NCBI GenBank assembly: GCA_008632985.1 | Contig: QPGO01000091.1 | Span: 62,001 to 126,000, forward strand | Source of the DNA: Psammoneis japonica | Taxonomy: Eukaryota | Length of the DNA stretch: 64,000 nt | Reading direction: 5' to 3' | Part shown: positions 12,386-24,539 of the stretch, one piece after another | How positions within the stretch are numbered: position 1 is the first letter of the stretch | How the letters are laid out: every line of letters begins with the position of its first letter | Program-made: the position numbers and the translations under genes | Notes under the pieces: model-generated | Seen by the model: only the letters and a program-made list of their open reading frames with translations | The model's database searches: none | What the model was told of the DNA's origin: nothing

Positions 12386-12834
12386 AGAGCACCCAATTGT
12401 ACGAGGCGATCATGCGTTGTTTCAAAGAGGGGGTTGTTGCAACTTAAAAACTTGTCGCAGAAAAAAATTCTCGATTTTCTAGCGTGATAAGCTAAGAAGA
12501 ACGGGGACACAATTCGCAAGTACCGCATTCATCTTGACCCAATAGAAAAGACTGAATTGAAGCATAACATATGTATAGAGGCTAGCCGAAATAATTGGTG
12601 GCGTCACAAGTTGGCTTGAGAAGTTGTATCGTCAAAGCTGCTGCTCAATGTCACCGATGCAAATCGTCCTGAAAATGTGAGTTGCTTGAATGAACTGTTC
12701 AAGGCACCGGAACATGTCAACTGCTAGCTGTGTCCACTCGGAACCGGAGGTGGTCATTGTCGGGGGTTTTACGCAAGACCCGGATTCCACTGCACTCTAG
12801 TCCAACTACGCATGGAATCAAGCACCACAGAAAT

Positions 12835-12990
12835 GTTTGTCATCGGTGTGAGAACAATATAATGAGCTGCCCTTGTATGATGCTGTGCCAGCTGTGCCGT
12901 TGCGTCTAATGCTGTTGCAAGGATTTTCAAATAAACGATTGGAAGGCATTCGACAAGCAGGAGTGCAAGAAGCTTAAGGCTGGTACGGGC
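12835..12990 (+). pseudogene. MYND zinc-finger relic (a more degraded copy lies at about 5360-5510)
   Basis: Translates as CHRCENN...LCQLCRCV*CCCKDFQINDWKAFDKQECKKL, which has MYND spacing with an internal stop. Confidence 0.55.
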
Positions 12991-13564
12991 GACACGAGAG
13001 AGCTTGAAGATTGGCGCAGCCAGTCTTGGTATGATCAGCCCGAAGGGAACACAGAGAACCTCATTCCCCATCCCCATTGCGGGTTCAGACGAAAGTAGCG
13101 AACCGGTATTTAGGGGAGAAATGCTTGTTCTATACTTGATCAATGCCAACTTGGATTTGGCTCGGGGCGTGGAGATGCTTGGGAAAAAACCAAAAGGCTT
13201 ACCACGCGAGGCTGCCGGTGTTGCCACGTGAGTTTACAAGGGGCACTAGCTAGAGGTCAAAGATGACTAAAATGGGGTGAACGAATAACAGAGATAAACG
13301 GCCTTGCGTTTGTCTGGTAGCCGGGAGAGCTCCAACATAAACCGACTTGTCGACAGAACCAAAAGGACTTCCAAGTGCTAAATGAGCTTTGCTAGCTAGT
13401 ATTAAGAGTGCAAAATGAGCGGCAGGTAGGTGCGAGATCTACTGCTTCTAGCTAGCTGCCTTTCTTGATGATCAGTACAATTGCGATACATAGTCGTACC
13501 CATGGATATATATCCATGGTCATACCAACACAATTGCCCGCGTGGCATTGACGACGTCAAGACA

Positions 13565-16500
13565 TTAATTACCACTCAATAGATTCATCATTTCACGTAA
13601 AAAGAAGCCACCAGTGGCTTCACGGAAGACATCCTCACTTTCTCCAGCGGAGGGGAACAAAGGTTTGAGGAGGACACGACGAAAGTTGGCGCGTGCGCTC
13701 TTTGCCTCAAAGAGGACGCGTAGAGAAGGGTGTTCGACCCGAAGTTCCGGTGCCATTGTCGCACGGATAAAATTGCAGAGGTTTTGGAACAACCTATACT
13801 CTTCAATCCACATTTCAATTTGCGACATGCCTCGGCCAGACTCGTCCAAACGATAAACCAAGTCAGCCATTTCAAGGCAAGTTTCCGAGGACAGGAAGCA
13901 GACAGACAAATCCAAAACCGGGTGGGCTTTTAGGCTATCCATCAATATTCCATGTCGCACGATAATGGCGACATATCCAATATCTGCTTCCTTAATTTGG
14001 AGAAGAACCAATTGAGTTTGCAGTTGAATCAGGCTCATGATGGTGTGCTTTACTTCGGCCAACATTGGCATTTTGCAGCCGTCGGTGGAAGAATCTTTGC
14101 GACGAAGGTGAGCACGCTCTTGGGACGTCAACTGTAAACCAGAGAAAGTTTGCAAAGCGCTCTCTGTCCAACCGACTTCCTCACTTCCAGTCAGGTCGCA
14201 ATATGTACAACCTAAAATTGAACTGGTTCGAACGGCAGAGAAGAATCCGTACGCCCCCTTCCTGATAAACAAAAGCCCTTTACTCGGTTCCAGTCTCCAA
14301 TCGCAAGCCTTCACTGGAACGGAGAAGATTAAGTCCTTTGCAATGATATCCCTGGCATATCTGACTCCAGGTAAACTAACCTTAACAGTGATTGCAAAGC
14401 TGTTGGACGGCTCCACGCGGAAGGCGTCTGGCGGGATTGGATTAGTTCCGAAGAATTCAGTTTTAGGCTGCACTTGAATCATAATACAATCGTCCGATTC
14501 ATCGAAGATAGAAAAGCAGATAAGCTCCATCGTGGAATCACGTTCCTTTGACATGGGAGCTGATGTTGTCTGTGTAGCACAGCCTTGGCACCCACTGAGC
14601 AAGGAGACAAGACGTCCCATCTTCTCATTGCTGGCAATGAACTCTTCAACCTTGATGTTATGAATCTTTTTCGGGGCGATAGGATCCTTGCAGCACAGCG
14701 AAGCCGTCCAACATGACTCCTCGACGAATCTGCGCCTGCACCAAAAGAAGAATCTCGTTGCTTGATTCTCTTCGTCAGAGGCGGGCTGTTCAAGCCAGAC
14801 CCCAAAAGTAGTGATAGATTTTAGTTCAACGTACACAGTTGGGGTTGGCGAGGATGTTGCAGAACATAGGATCTTGCGAAGAACACCATCATCGACTTGG
14901 AAGCTCATGAGCGAAACATCAGTAGAGTATGGCGGTGTCAGAAGGTCTCTGAGAACGCCTTCTTCGGCGTGTTGTTTGGAAGTAGTGTCGAGAACACTAC
15001 TGCAACCATGCCTGCAAAGCAATGCGACTGCTTTGCCGCACAGGTTATGTCCACTGAGCTGGTCCGACGTATTTCTACTCAGACCCGTTAAGTGCCTAGC
15101 TATCGGCCCATCCTCTGCAAGGTTTAGATTAGAATCCGAGTTTGTAGCAAGCCAGACAATCGTCGAATCCTTTCTGTTTAATGGCACGGGTGGTTCGTAC
15201 TCGGAATGGGCTATCTTGCAAGCTGAGGAGGTGCAGGCGTTGCCTTCGTATCCCATTGCCCGAAAGCGGAAGAGAGTTGTCCACCAAGAGGGGTTTGATT
15301 CCAGTAGACTCGCCTTGAGATAGTTTCTGCTCCCACCGTATCTTCTCCCATGAAGAAAGGACGTTGTAAATAGAGTCCCCCCTGCCACCAAGAGCGGGCG
15401 GGTGACAAGCAGTAGCGTAGACAGACCAATGTGATCAGCAACGTTACTCGTTGTGATGACATCAAAGCAGGCAGAGGAATCTGACTTATCTGAAAGCCCG
15501 CAACCCGGTTTGACAATTGACAAATTCCGCTCACTCAAGGAAACAGGCTTCTTGGGCATGTCAACAGCTAATGTCGACGACAGCGACATCGGTTTGATGA
15601 GTTGTACGCCCCATCTACCAGCCTCGGGAGCTTTGCGGGTAACCACGCCAATGATGCCGTTCAAACCTGGACTCTTCTGAAGCCCTCCTGTTACTACGAG
15701 GGCACCGCGAGACAGCTGTGACGCATGAAAGCCCTTCTTGGGCCTTATCGCAGTTGCGGCTTCGTCATCCCAACCAAAACGCGTAGCGTTAAAAGTTAAG
15801 CAAAACGTTTGGCAATCCAAAGAGGAAAAGGTCCAGGAAACTTTCTGGCGATTCTCACGAGCCTTAGCTAACCACGTCTTGAACACTTTGTAGCAACTGT
15901 CTACCGCAGTTGATCCTGCTGTGGGGAGAAATATAGGAAACGCCGAGAAGCTATCTGTGCCGTAGTGTAAATCATACTTCTCTTGACTCTGAAAAAGAGT
16001 TGGATTAACGTGGTAGTATTTCTCGTTCAAAACGGTACCGCTAGAGCTGGGAAGGAAGATTCCAGTCAACAAGTGTTCTTCGACCTCTGTTTCCCATACA
16101 GATCGTATCTCGGGTTCCACTCTACGCTCATCAATGTTGATGGAAAGGTGGGTACTCAAAGTCAAAGCTCGATGTTTCTTGATGAAGCTCCGCAGTCGAG
16201 ACTTGGCAGTCTCTCCATCAACGTCGGCATCACCAGCCGCGGTCAGTAACTGAATGCCCTTCTCAAGAAACGTGACGTGCCGCATTTCTTGAGTGTGCTC
16301 CCAATGTGTCAGATGGGTTTCGCTGGAAAGCGGAAAGAACACAAGCCACTTCTCCCAAGTCTTTCGAAGCTTACCAAGCAAGCCCGGCTCGGCACAGCGC
16401 CATTTCCAGGTCGATCCGTTCTCAGTAGATTGGTCGATGAGCTTCCTCAGAGAAAGCCGCAAAGCCGAAAGTTGGTGGTCCAGCAATGCTGTTGAAAACC

Positions 16501-16954
16501 ATATTGCGAAAATGGTTTCATCTGCCTCGGTCGAAGCTGGCGAATCAAACAACATATCCAATATTAGAATATTCCTTGCCAAAACATAAATGTCGTAATC
16601 ATTGATCACCAGTTCAACGGATCCGATGCCTTTAGTCGAGCCAAGCGAGAAGAGGACGTTGCGGAGATCTCCACATGCCAAACAAAGCACACGGAGGTCC
16701 TGGACTTGCTCAGAACTTCTCTCCAACGCCTTTTCGAAATTCGGATCAAAGTTGTGGTATATCCACGAGTTAGGCTTCATGAGTTCAACGTTCTCAAAGT
16801 TATGGGAAATATTTCGGTAAAAGATGTTTCTTGCGGGACTGTTGCCAATCGCATAGTAGTACTGCTGAAGTTTGATGAGACGGCACGGCGACAGCGGATA
16901 GTTGGCGTACTCTGCCTCTGGCAGAGCGTTGCTGTGTCTTCTTGAGTCTGACAT
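13565..16954 (-). CDS. DUF4470-domain protein (methyltransferase-like fold) with an SH3/KOW-like insert
   Basis: YYYAIGNSPA, LCLACGDLRNVLFS, NDYDIYVLARNILIL and FDVITTSNVADHIG are DUF4470-family motifs. First ATG at 16954. Confidence 0.8.
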   Translation of the reverse strand: MSDSRRHSNALPEAEYANYPLSPCRLIKLQQYYYAIGNSPARNIFYRNISHNFENVELMKPNSWIYHNFDPNFEKALERSSEQVQDLRVLCLACGDLRNVLFSLGSTKGIGSVELVINDYDIYVLARNILILDMLFDSPASTEADETIFAIWFSTALLDHQLSALRLSLRKLIDQSTENGSTWKWRCAEPGLLGKLRKTWEKWLVFFPLSSETHLTHWEHTQEMRHVTFLEKGIQLLTAAGDADVDGETAKSRLRSFIKKHRALTLSTHLSINIDERRVEPEIRSVWETEVEEHLLTGIFLPSSSGTVLNEKYYHVNPTLFQSQEKYDLHYGTDSFSAFPIFLPTAGSTAVDSCYKVFKTWLAKARENRQKVSWTFSSLDCQTFCLTFNATRFGWDDEAATAIRPKKGFHASQLSRGALVVTGGLQKSPGLNGIIGVVTRKAPEAGRWGVQLIKPMSLSSTLAVDMPKKPVSLSERNLSIVKPGCGLSDKSDSSACFDVITTSNVADHIGLSTLLLVTRPLLVAGGTLFTTSFLHGRRYGGSRNYLKASLLESNPSWWTTLFRFRAMGYEGNACTSSACKIAHSEYEPPVPLNRKDSTIVWLATNSDSNLNLAEDGPIARHLTGLSRNTSDQLSGHNLCGKAVALLCRHGCSSVLDTTSKQHAEEGVLRDLLTPPYSTDVSLMSFQVDDGVLRKILCSATSSPTPTVYVELKSITTFGVWLEQPASDEENQATRFFFWCRRRFVEESCWTASLCCKDPIAPKKIHNIKVEEFIASNEKMGRLVSLLSGCQGCATQTTSAPMSKERDSTMELICFSIFDESDDCIMIQVQPKTEFFGTNPIPPDAFRVEPSNSFAITVKVSLPGVRYARDIIAKDLIFSVPVKACDWRLEPSKGLLFIRKGAYGFFSAVRTSSILGCTYCDLTGSEEVGWTESALQTFSGLQLTSQERAHLRRKDSSTDGCKMPMLAEVKHTIMSLIQLQTQLVLLQIKEADIGYVAIIVRHGILMDSLKAHPVLDLSVCFLSSETCLEMADLVYRLDESGRGMSQIEMWIEEYRLFQNLCNFIRATMAPELRVEHPSLRVLFEAKSARANFRRVLLKPLFPSAGESEDVFREATGGFFLREMMNLLSGN

Positions 16955-17425
16955 CGCGAAGTTGTGCTTGTTATGATTCTTCTGATGTGCCGAGGTGAAA
17001 CTGGACTTTGAGTGGCGATCCACTTTCCTACTGGAAATGAAAATTTCACAGCCAATCAAAATTCAAAAAGTTAGGATCGTATCGTTCGCCTTTCTTCCGT
17101 AACACCCGAAAGACGCCTGCCACACCTTTTTCGTGAGCGGGCGCGACCACGCAATGCATCTTGGGTCACGATTTTTTGTTACAGTATCATTGGTCGCTGA
17201 CTGTAGTCTCGAAACCAGTGCACCGTTCAAGTAGTTTCTATTGACGTCGTTCTGGAATCGCTTTAACAGTGCGAATTCGTGTGAGCTTTTCAAATTATCC
17301 AGACCCGCTTCGCTCGTGATTCCCCATACTGTGTCTTTGAATACCGGTAGTTTATGCAACATTGGTAACGCCTTTACCGAAAAGATTCATGTTCGCGTGA
17401 TCTGACTTTGGGTCGTAGAGTGTAG

Positions 17426-19190
17426 TCATTGCCAACGACGCTGAAACCAAATCTCATGGAGAATATCTAGCATGTGTTGACTTCTGTGCCCACCAGGACT
17501 TCCCACCATGAACAAAAGCCCGTGACGTAATGCTTCTCTTATCAACTTCCGTAAGTGCCTTAGGAAGCTCTTCCCCTCCCCGGAAGACAGATCATCATCA
17601 CGCGCCGTTGCCGCGATTTGCGCAGACTCCCCTCTAAGTGACTTTTTGCTCCGCATAGAAACTTCAGGATTTCTTATCCGACTTGACAATGATTTGGGAA
17701 CTGGGAGACTTTCCTTTGCAATCGCTAGTTCTGCCCCTTGAATCTTCCTGTGATATGCCCCCCTCACCTTTCGGACGTCACCGGCCGGTATTGGCGGCAT
17801 CTTAACCGCACTACTACCCAGAACGCTACGATCCAACTCGTCCGTTTCAAAGTCCGTGCCTTGAATATCATTGGTTGCTTCATCTTGCTCTTCAATGCCC
17901 TTTGGTCTCGCGTCTTGGTCGTCCAAACCTGAGGGTTCCAGGGGTATTGGATTGGGTAAAGATTTGGTCCCATGATTAACCGATCTCTCAATGATGGGGC
18001 GATTTGAAATACCATTCCAGCCTCCTTTGGGTTGCCTGCCTTGATAATCTGTGCCTGTTTGTTCACCATGCTCTGCAGTGTCCTTCGGTCTCGAGTCTTC
18101 TTCTAAGTCAAGATAAGGGAAATCCGGTCGTTCAAAGGTTTGTTCAGGAAAGAACTTTATTTCGCCCGAACGTGTATTGGATATTGGACTGTGAAAAGAT
18201 TCCGTCTCATCAACCGATCTCTCGAACAGGGTACGATCAAGACTGCCTAGCCAGCTTCCTTCCCATGCCTCCATCGACGCATCGAAATGGATATCCATGC
18301 AACTACATAGACCAGTAGAAGCACAGTTTTCCGTGACAGAAAGAGCAACCGAATTTGGAATCCCGTCGATGTTGCCTCCATTTCATCTCGCCTCGGTACA
18401 CCCGCCAAAAAACAAAGAACAGCTACACCTGCAAACTTGGTCCCAAACCTTATAAAATCAGATGTATCTTGAAACTTGGATGCGAGCAAACTATAGAGTG
18501 AGAGAGCTGTACCACCCCGAAGGCGACAGAGTGTTGTCTCCCATATCATTGATGCGTCGTCGTCTCTTACGCACCTGATCTAGTATCTTGCTCATACACC
18601 AATCGATTTCTGTTTGGAAAGAACATTCGCTGTCTATTTGAGTAGCGAAGAGTAAAACATAGGCACCGTATGTATTTGACACATGGAGGAGCATGTTCTT
18701 ACCGAATTGACTCCATATCCTCCAGTTTCTCTGATCCTTCGTCGTCTTCTTTGAGAGCGGATTGAATATTCCGAATAGCATCGTCAATCGCAGACAAGTC
18801 TAGCTCGCTCTGGTCTTCTAAAGACATCTCACGTAGGTCAGCTATTGCCTTATCCAAGAGCTCCATCGTTTCATCTTGATCGTCATTCTCGGTGCCTTCC
18901 TCGGATCCAACCCATGACAAATCATTCACACTTCTACTTTCTTCTCCTCCATCTTCGGTCAACACTGACAATTCGGAAGCAAAACTCGCGCCCAAAAAGT
19001 TGGCGTTGGGGTTGCTCCTGCTATTGTTGCTCGTAGGGTTCTTTTGAGGCTTTAGAAGAATTGAAAGATCAAATCCGCGATCATCTTTCCCATCTTCATT
19101 CTCAAGTTGGGGTGGTGATGCATTGTTGCAATCAGAGGAGTTGCCGCCCTGGTTCAGCGCTAACCGATGAACTTCTTGCGTGGGTAGCAT
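17426..19190 (-). CDS. Hypothetical low-complexity protein(s), probably spliced
   Basis: ORFs 18699-19190 and 17426-18298 have protein-like acidic composition, with a hydrophobic segment between them. Exon structure is unresolved. Confidence 0.45.
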
Positions 19191-19743
19191 CGATGGCGTG
19201 TCCTGTATAAAGAGACATGCGGTATGAGGTGAAACTAGTGAGCTCTACCCTCTCTCTAGTAACATGGGTTCCGACTTTCCGATCCCGTTTTCTGTTCCGA
19301 AGCATTCTTCTGTCTTCTGATCCCAAGATCTTACCTCTGGGCCTGACGAATCCTTCTCTCCCATCGATTCCACTCGAAATCAACCAGGTGCAGGGCAGCA
19401 AAAATGTTCAGTACCTAGTGAACCCAACCTTGCCCATGTACTGTAATTGGTGAGATCGAACGACTGGGGGCGGCCATTACATCGTTGCTCATTGCGGGGG
19501 AAACTTGAGGAATATAATAATATATTCATTGTTATATAGGTAAGTATAATTTAGCGAGAAAGATACTTAACTTCAACGGTTGCTGCGATATTTTTTGGAA
19601 TTTTGGAGTTCGTACGAACGTTAAAATCAAGAAGTACTCATCCGCACTCCCGCTCGGCGCTCGGGCGAACCGATCGATCGGCCATTCGGCAATGGCACCT
19701 ATCGACGTCAGCTCGGCATATAGTACGCTCTGTACATTTGACC

Positions 19744-21471
19744 ATGAGGGTAGTAGCTGAAGGCTGGAAGGCGGTGGTAGTTTTTGCTCTCCTTCCCTAC
19801 GCCTCTGGCTTTGCGTTGTCACCTCTCAGAACGTTTGACCGAGCCCCACAACATGCTGTCGGTGCAGCATTCAACTCTGATTTCAACCGCATTTACAAAA
19901 ATCATGAACCCCGCATAACATCGTCAGCTTCTGAAAATATTGAACCAAAACAAGACGATATACCATTGTTTGAGCCTCTCGGAGTCGGCGTGAAGCGTGA
20001 CTTTTCCAGAAGGCTGCCCTTTTTCAAGTCTGACATTACAGATGGCCTGAACGCACAGAGTCTGGCCACAACATTGTTTTTGTTCTTTGCTTGCCTTGCT
20101 CCAGCCATTGGATTTGGTGGTATTCTAGGAGCAGCCACGGATGGAGCCATGGGAGCGATTGAAATGGTGGTGTCTACCTCGCTCTGCGGTGTGTGTACGC
20201 TGTGCTTGCACCTCAGCCCGTTCAACTGATTGGGCCCATGGGTCCGAATCTCGCCTACACAATTTCGCTAGTGACACTTGCAAAACATTTGCAGTTACCC
20301 TTTTTACCGCTCTATGCTTGGACTGGCATTTGGACTGGCGGGTTCTTGCTGACAGCAGCACTCACGTCCGCCTCTAACTTGGTGAAGAAGTTGACTCGCT
20401 TCACAGACGAAATCTTTTCCGTACTAATAAGCACAATCTTTTTGTTTGAAGCCGTCATTGACGTTGCAAAGACCTTTACTTCTCCAGCATCAACCGCCAC
20501 AAAGGCCTTGCTTACACTGACATGCTCTCTTGTTACTTTTGGATCAGCTACAATCCTAAAAGGCCTCAACACATCGATTTACTTTACCAAGTCTGTCCGC
20601 AAGAACCTTTCCAATTTTGCGCCAGCCATTGGTGTGTTGCTGGGCTCTCTTGTCGCTCGCGCAGCTCGGTTAAAGTATGGCGCAGCGACGGCAACGCTTC
20701 CAGTCTTGGCCTTGCCTGCAAAGTTTGCAACAACCACGGGTCGTCCGTGGCTGATTCCCTTGCTCGATCTTCCGGTATGGGCAAGGTGGGCTTGCAGTCT
20801 TCCCGCTTCTTGGCAACGGTCCTTCTCTTTCTTGATCAAAACATTACAGCCCGATTGGTCAACAACCCGCGATACAAAATGACAAAGGGTCGTGACGAGG
20901 GTAGCTTGCTGGATGGCTGTCACGGGGATATGTTGGTCTTGTCACTCCTTACGGCACTAACCTCAGTCGTTGGGCTTCCATGGATGGCGGGAGCCACGAC
21001 ACGAAGTGCCGCCCATGTTCGATCGCTATCCATCACGGATGAACAGGAGAAATCACGGGAACGCTTGAGAATCGTGTGTCGGGAGCCGCCATCCATGCGC
21101 TGATTGGGGCCTGTGCCGTGTGCTCTTGGCCACGCATGCTACTCTCGCAAGTTCCGCTTCCCGTGCTGTCGGGTGTATTCATGTACCTTGGAATGACATC
21201 ATTGCAAGGGCTTGAATTGTGGGATCGAATTCAAGGACTCTTTCATGACTCGTCGGTCGCGCCCAAGAAACGGTGGTCTACTGTACCGAGAAAGACCACT
21301 AGTGTTTTAACGCTGGTGCAAATGTCGTGTGTTGCCGCCATGATGAGGGTCACAAAATCGTCGTTTGGTGTTGTCTCTCCGCTAATCATTGCGTTACTAC
21401 CTCTCGTACGTCTGGCCCTGATCAAGACAAAAATCGTAAAGCAAGATGACATGGATTTGCTTGATGATTAG
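19744..21471 (+). CDS. SLC4: SLC4-family bicarbonate/anion transporter, probably plastid-targeted, with 3 frameshifts (about 20195, 20805, 21050)
   Basis: SDITDGL...FLFFACLAPAIGFGG, QPVQLIGPMGP, TRFTDEIFS, FLDQNITA, GLPWMAGATTRS and LSGVFMYLG are present. The signal peptide ends in ASG-FAL (ASAFAP-like). Confidence 0.9.
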
Positions 21472-21918
21472 GCTACGCCAATACTGCTATAATAGCTCTT
21501 CCATTAGCTACTAACTAGGTAGTATGGAAATACTACTCTCTCTGGAGAGAATAGGTTCAACTACATATCAGAACTACTATCTAGGTAAGTATCAAGTTGA
21601 AAGTACTTCTAGAGTATCAAGTTTGAAGCTGGCGCCTCGCAGTGTTTGTCTCTCGGACAGGCTTTTTCCAAAGGATTTTACGCATGACTGTCAGACTTTG
21701 TACTGAGCGTCGCGTACAATTCTACGTCGGAATTGCGATGTTTCAGCGAGAAAGTCACAACAACTTTTCACAATGCCGAATTGTTGCGTTGCGCTTATTG
21801 TTGATTGATTGCTTGTGTCTTTCATCTATTATTGCTGCTCTGCTGGCTAGCAAAGTCGGTTTCCGCTCTTCTTTGTTACATCAACTCTCTCAAAACTCTC
21901 TCAAAATTCCCTGCAAGC

Positions 21919-22190
21919 ATGATAATCGATGCCAAAACAGTGATATTCACGCTCGTGCTAGTGTCAGTCGGATTCTACTTTGGGCTCAAGTTTGTTCGAG
22001 CATTCGCTCTTTCAATCGCTCAGGAGAACCATGATGCAGTACTCGCTATGGAACAAGAAGATCAAGAAAAACAACAAAAACAGCAACGGGATGCCGACGT
22101 TGCAGCGAAAAGTGCCTTTGCCAAGGTTGAAGCGGTGGCTCCTGCTCCAAGTTCAGCGCCGTTGCTAAAGGAGGTGAAGGAGAGAGTGAA
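21919..22190 (+). CDS. Small single-pass membrane protein with coiled coil, 3' end uncertain
   Basis: MIIDAKTVIFTLVLVSVGFYFGLKF transmembrane segment followed by an EQEDQEKQQKQQ coil. Confidence 0.5.
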
Positions 22191-22389
22191 GCATAGTTGG
22201 GATATTGTATGGAGGATGTGGTTTTTCAAATTGTTATTGAGGGATGGGCTTTGCTTCAGATACATGGCTGTCTTGCAGTGTAGTTCAAGCTCGATGACTG
22301 CTACATACGTACCGGAGGATCCATGGCCTGAAGCTATGAATGGAAGTTCTTTTGAATTTTCGTATAAAAGCAGAATTATTATAATGCGT

Positions 22390-24093
22390 TCACTCTTGCA
22401 TCGATATGTTTGCAAGGGTTGTGCCGTTGGTGATCGTCGTTCTGTTTCTATTCATCGAGTCGTTGGTGATCATCGTTCCGTTTGTAGGCAAGGTTCCGTG
22501 TTGGCTCATTGTTCTGTTCGTAATGGCCGTTTCGTTTGTAATCATCGTTCTGTTTGTTATTCGTCGAGACTTGTTGTGAAAATTATGGCCATGTCTCGCT
22601 GCAAGGCATAACCGTCGCCCTTTTATGACATCGTAGTTGGCTCTTGCTGCCGTGTCGTATTCGCTTGCTTCTAGTTCGTCTGCAACCGCCAATGCGTATT
22701 GCGCCTCTGAATTGAGTTTCAAAAATACAATCGGAAACATCAAATGAGCAATAGACCTAAATGCACTCACACGCTACTCTTGAGAGACCGACAGGCTTAC
22801 CTTTGAGAAAAGAGGGCACAAAGCTCGATTCCTGGTGGTCAGGAAATATGACTCGTTGCGCCGCCTCCAGTTTCTTTAGCATGGTCTCGATGGTGGAGTA
22901 GCTAAGGTACCTCAATCGATCATTCAGGACTTTGGCTGGAGTGGATGACAATGACAGAAACTCCTCTTCTTTTATCATCACCGAGAAATCAGAGATGTTG
23001 AGAATCGTCTTGAATGGCGCACCATATGCCTCGAAAAAATCGCTCACCACCACTGGAATACAACCACTCCGCACAGAGTGAAGAAAAGAATGGCTCGATG
23101 GGTCGTCGCCTCGCACGACAAGACAGAATTTGGAATGGGAAATGTCGTGTCGCCACTGTTCAGGCAAAATGGACCCGCCAACACTGCACGGAGCAAGCTC
23201 CTCCGTATAGTTCAGCACGGCTCTTCGAAACACAGTTGAGTTACAAAGAAAGTCGGTGCTTCTTGTACGATAAAAGAGAAAGAATTCACTTTCTTGGAAC
23301 TTCTTCATGCTGGGCTTGACCAATGGAATGTGATCTTCCAATCCTTGACCTATACTAAACGCAGCCCGAGTGACTGGTGGACCTTCTTTGGAAAATCTGT
23401 TACAAAAATCAGTTCCAAGAGCCTTTCCGTCGCGATGAAGTTTCCATGTTTCGATTGGATCTGTTCGGCTGGCCACAATCACGTTGCGAAGTTTGGGGTA
23501 CGACTTTGTAAGCGGTTCGTTCGGGATCACATTGGAGAATGTTGTGTACATGAGACCAATGATAATATGACGTTTTCCATAATCATCCTTGATGAATAAC
23601 TCGTGTTGCGAAAGAGCATTAAAGGCGTCATCATAGTCGGTGCAGTTCCTGTCCATATTGTGACGACAACCGCTCACATATACCGCGCCAACAGGTGTAG
23701 GTACAATGAAGAAATCAGCTTCATCAGGATTATAGGTTCGTAGCTTGTGCTTTTCAAGAGCCTCGTGAACACTTATTTCCGACAACGGATATCGAATCTG
23801 TGCAAAAGAGCCTTTCTTTTCGTGCATTGCAGTCAGTGCCTTTTTGAGAACTTTCATCCTGAGTGATATCGCTTCTTCAGGATAAATGTAGTAGCGCGGA
23901 CCTTCAGGCGGGACTTCACTGACGCTTTCGAGTTGCCGATAATGACGGGGTGGGGTGGGACACTGCTTTGGTACGAATAAAGTGACTTTCGAACCGAATA
24001 GCCAAGATTGAGGCAAGACCAAAAGAATGCAGCAAGGCATGCAACTTGAAAAGTTCTTATTCTCATTCCTCGCAGGGAGTGTGGATACCCCAT
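22390..24093 (-). CDS. Exostosin-family (GT47) glycosyltransferase
   Basis: RTYNPDEADFFIVP and SKFCLVVRGD...SGCIPVVVSD motifs. Type II anchor in ORF 23854-24093 (frameshift). GT-AG intron 22707-22800 restores frame. The C-tail has repeated NxT sequons. Confidence 0.85.
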
Positions 24094-24539
24094 CGTCGCT
24101 TATGTAGGATGATATTTCTCGGATTTCTCTTAGCGACTACTCGGTAGAGACGAGGATAGTGAGAGACGTAGTCGTCGTCACCTTGGGAAAGGATCTGATC
24201 TTGCTTGTTCTGCTTGTTGAGAAACGGGAAAGGTGTGTGTCGGTTGTGTGGGTGAAATGCATCCTCTCCCGTTTTGTGAGGCGCGATGACCGCGATGACT
24301 ATCCTAATGACTTCATTTGACTTGACTATTGCAAATTTCACACATCTGAATAATGTATTCTTTATATATCGCTTTATTTTAATTAACAACCGGATGACCA
24401 TCGGATGACCCAAAACCCAAACATCATTTAAAAAACATGGTTGATTTTTAATTTCCAATATAATGGGATAAGATGACGTATCCTTGTCCGTCCGCGAACC
24501 GAACCGCACATCACATCATCATCTCACATTGAAATTGCG

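Noticed and set aside
22430..22560. Imperfect tandem repeat (gatcatcgttc...) as a CRISPR-like or regulatory array
   Set aside because: It is the coding NxT-sequon repeat at the GT47 C-terminus, with no repeat-spacer structure.
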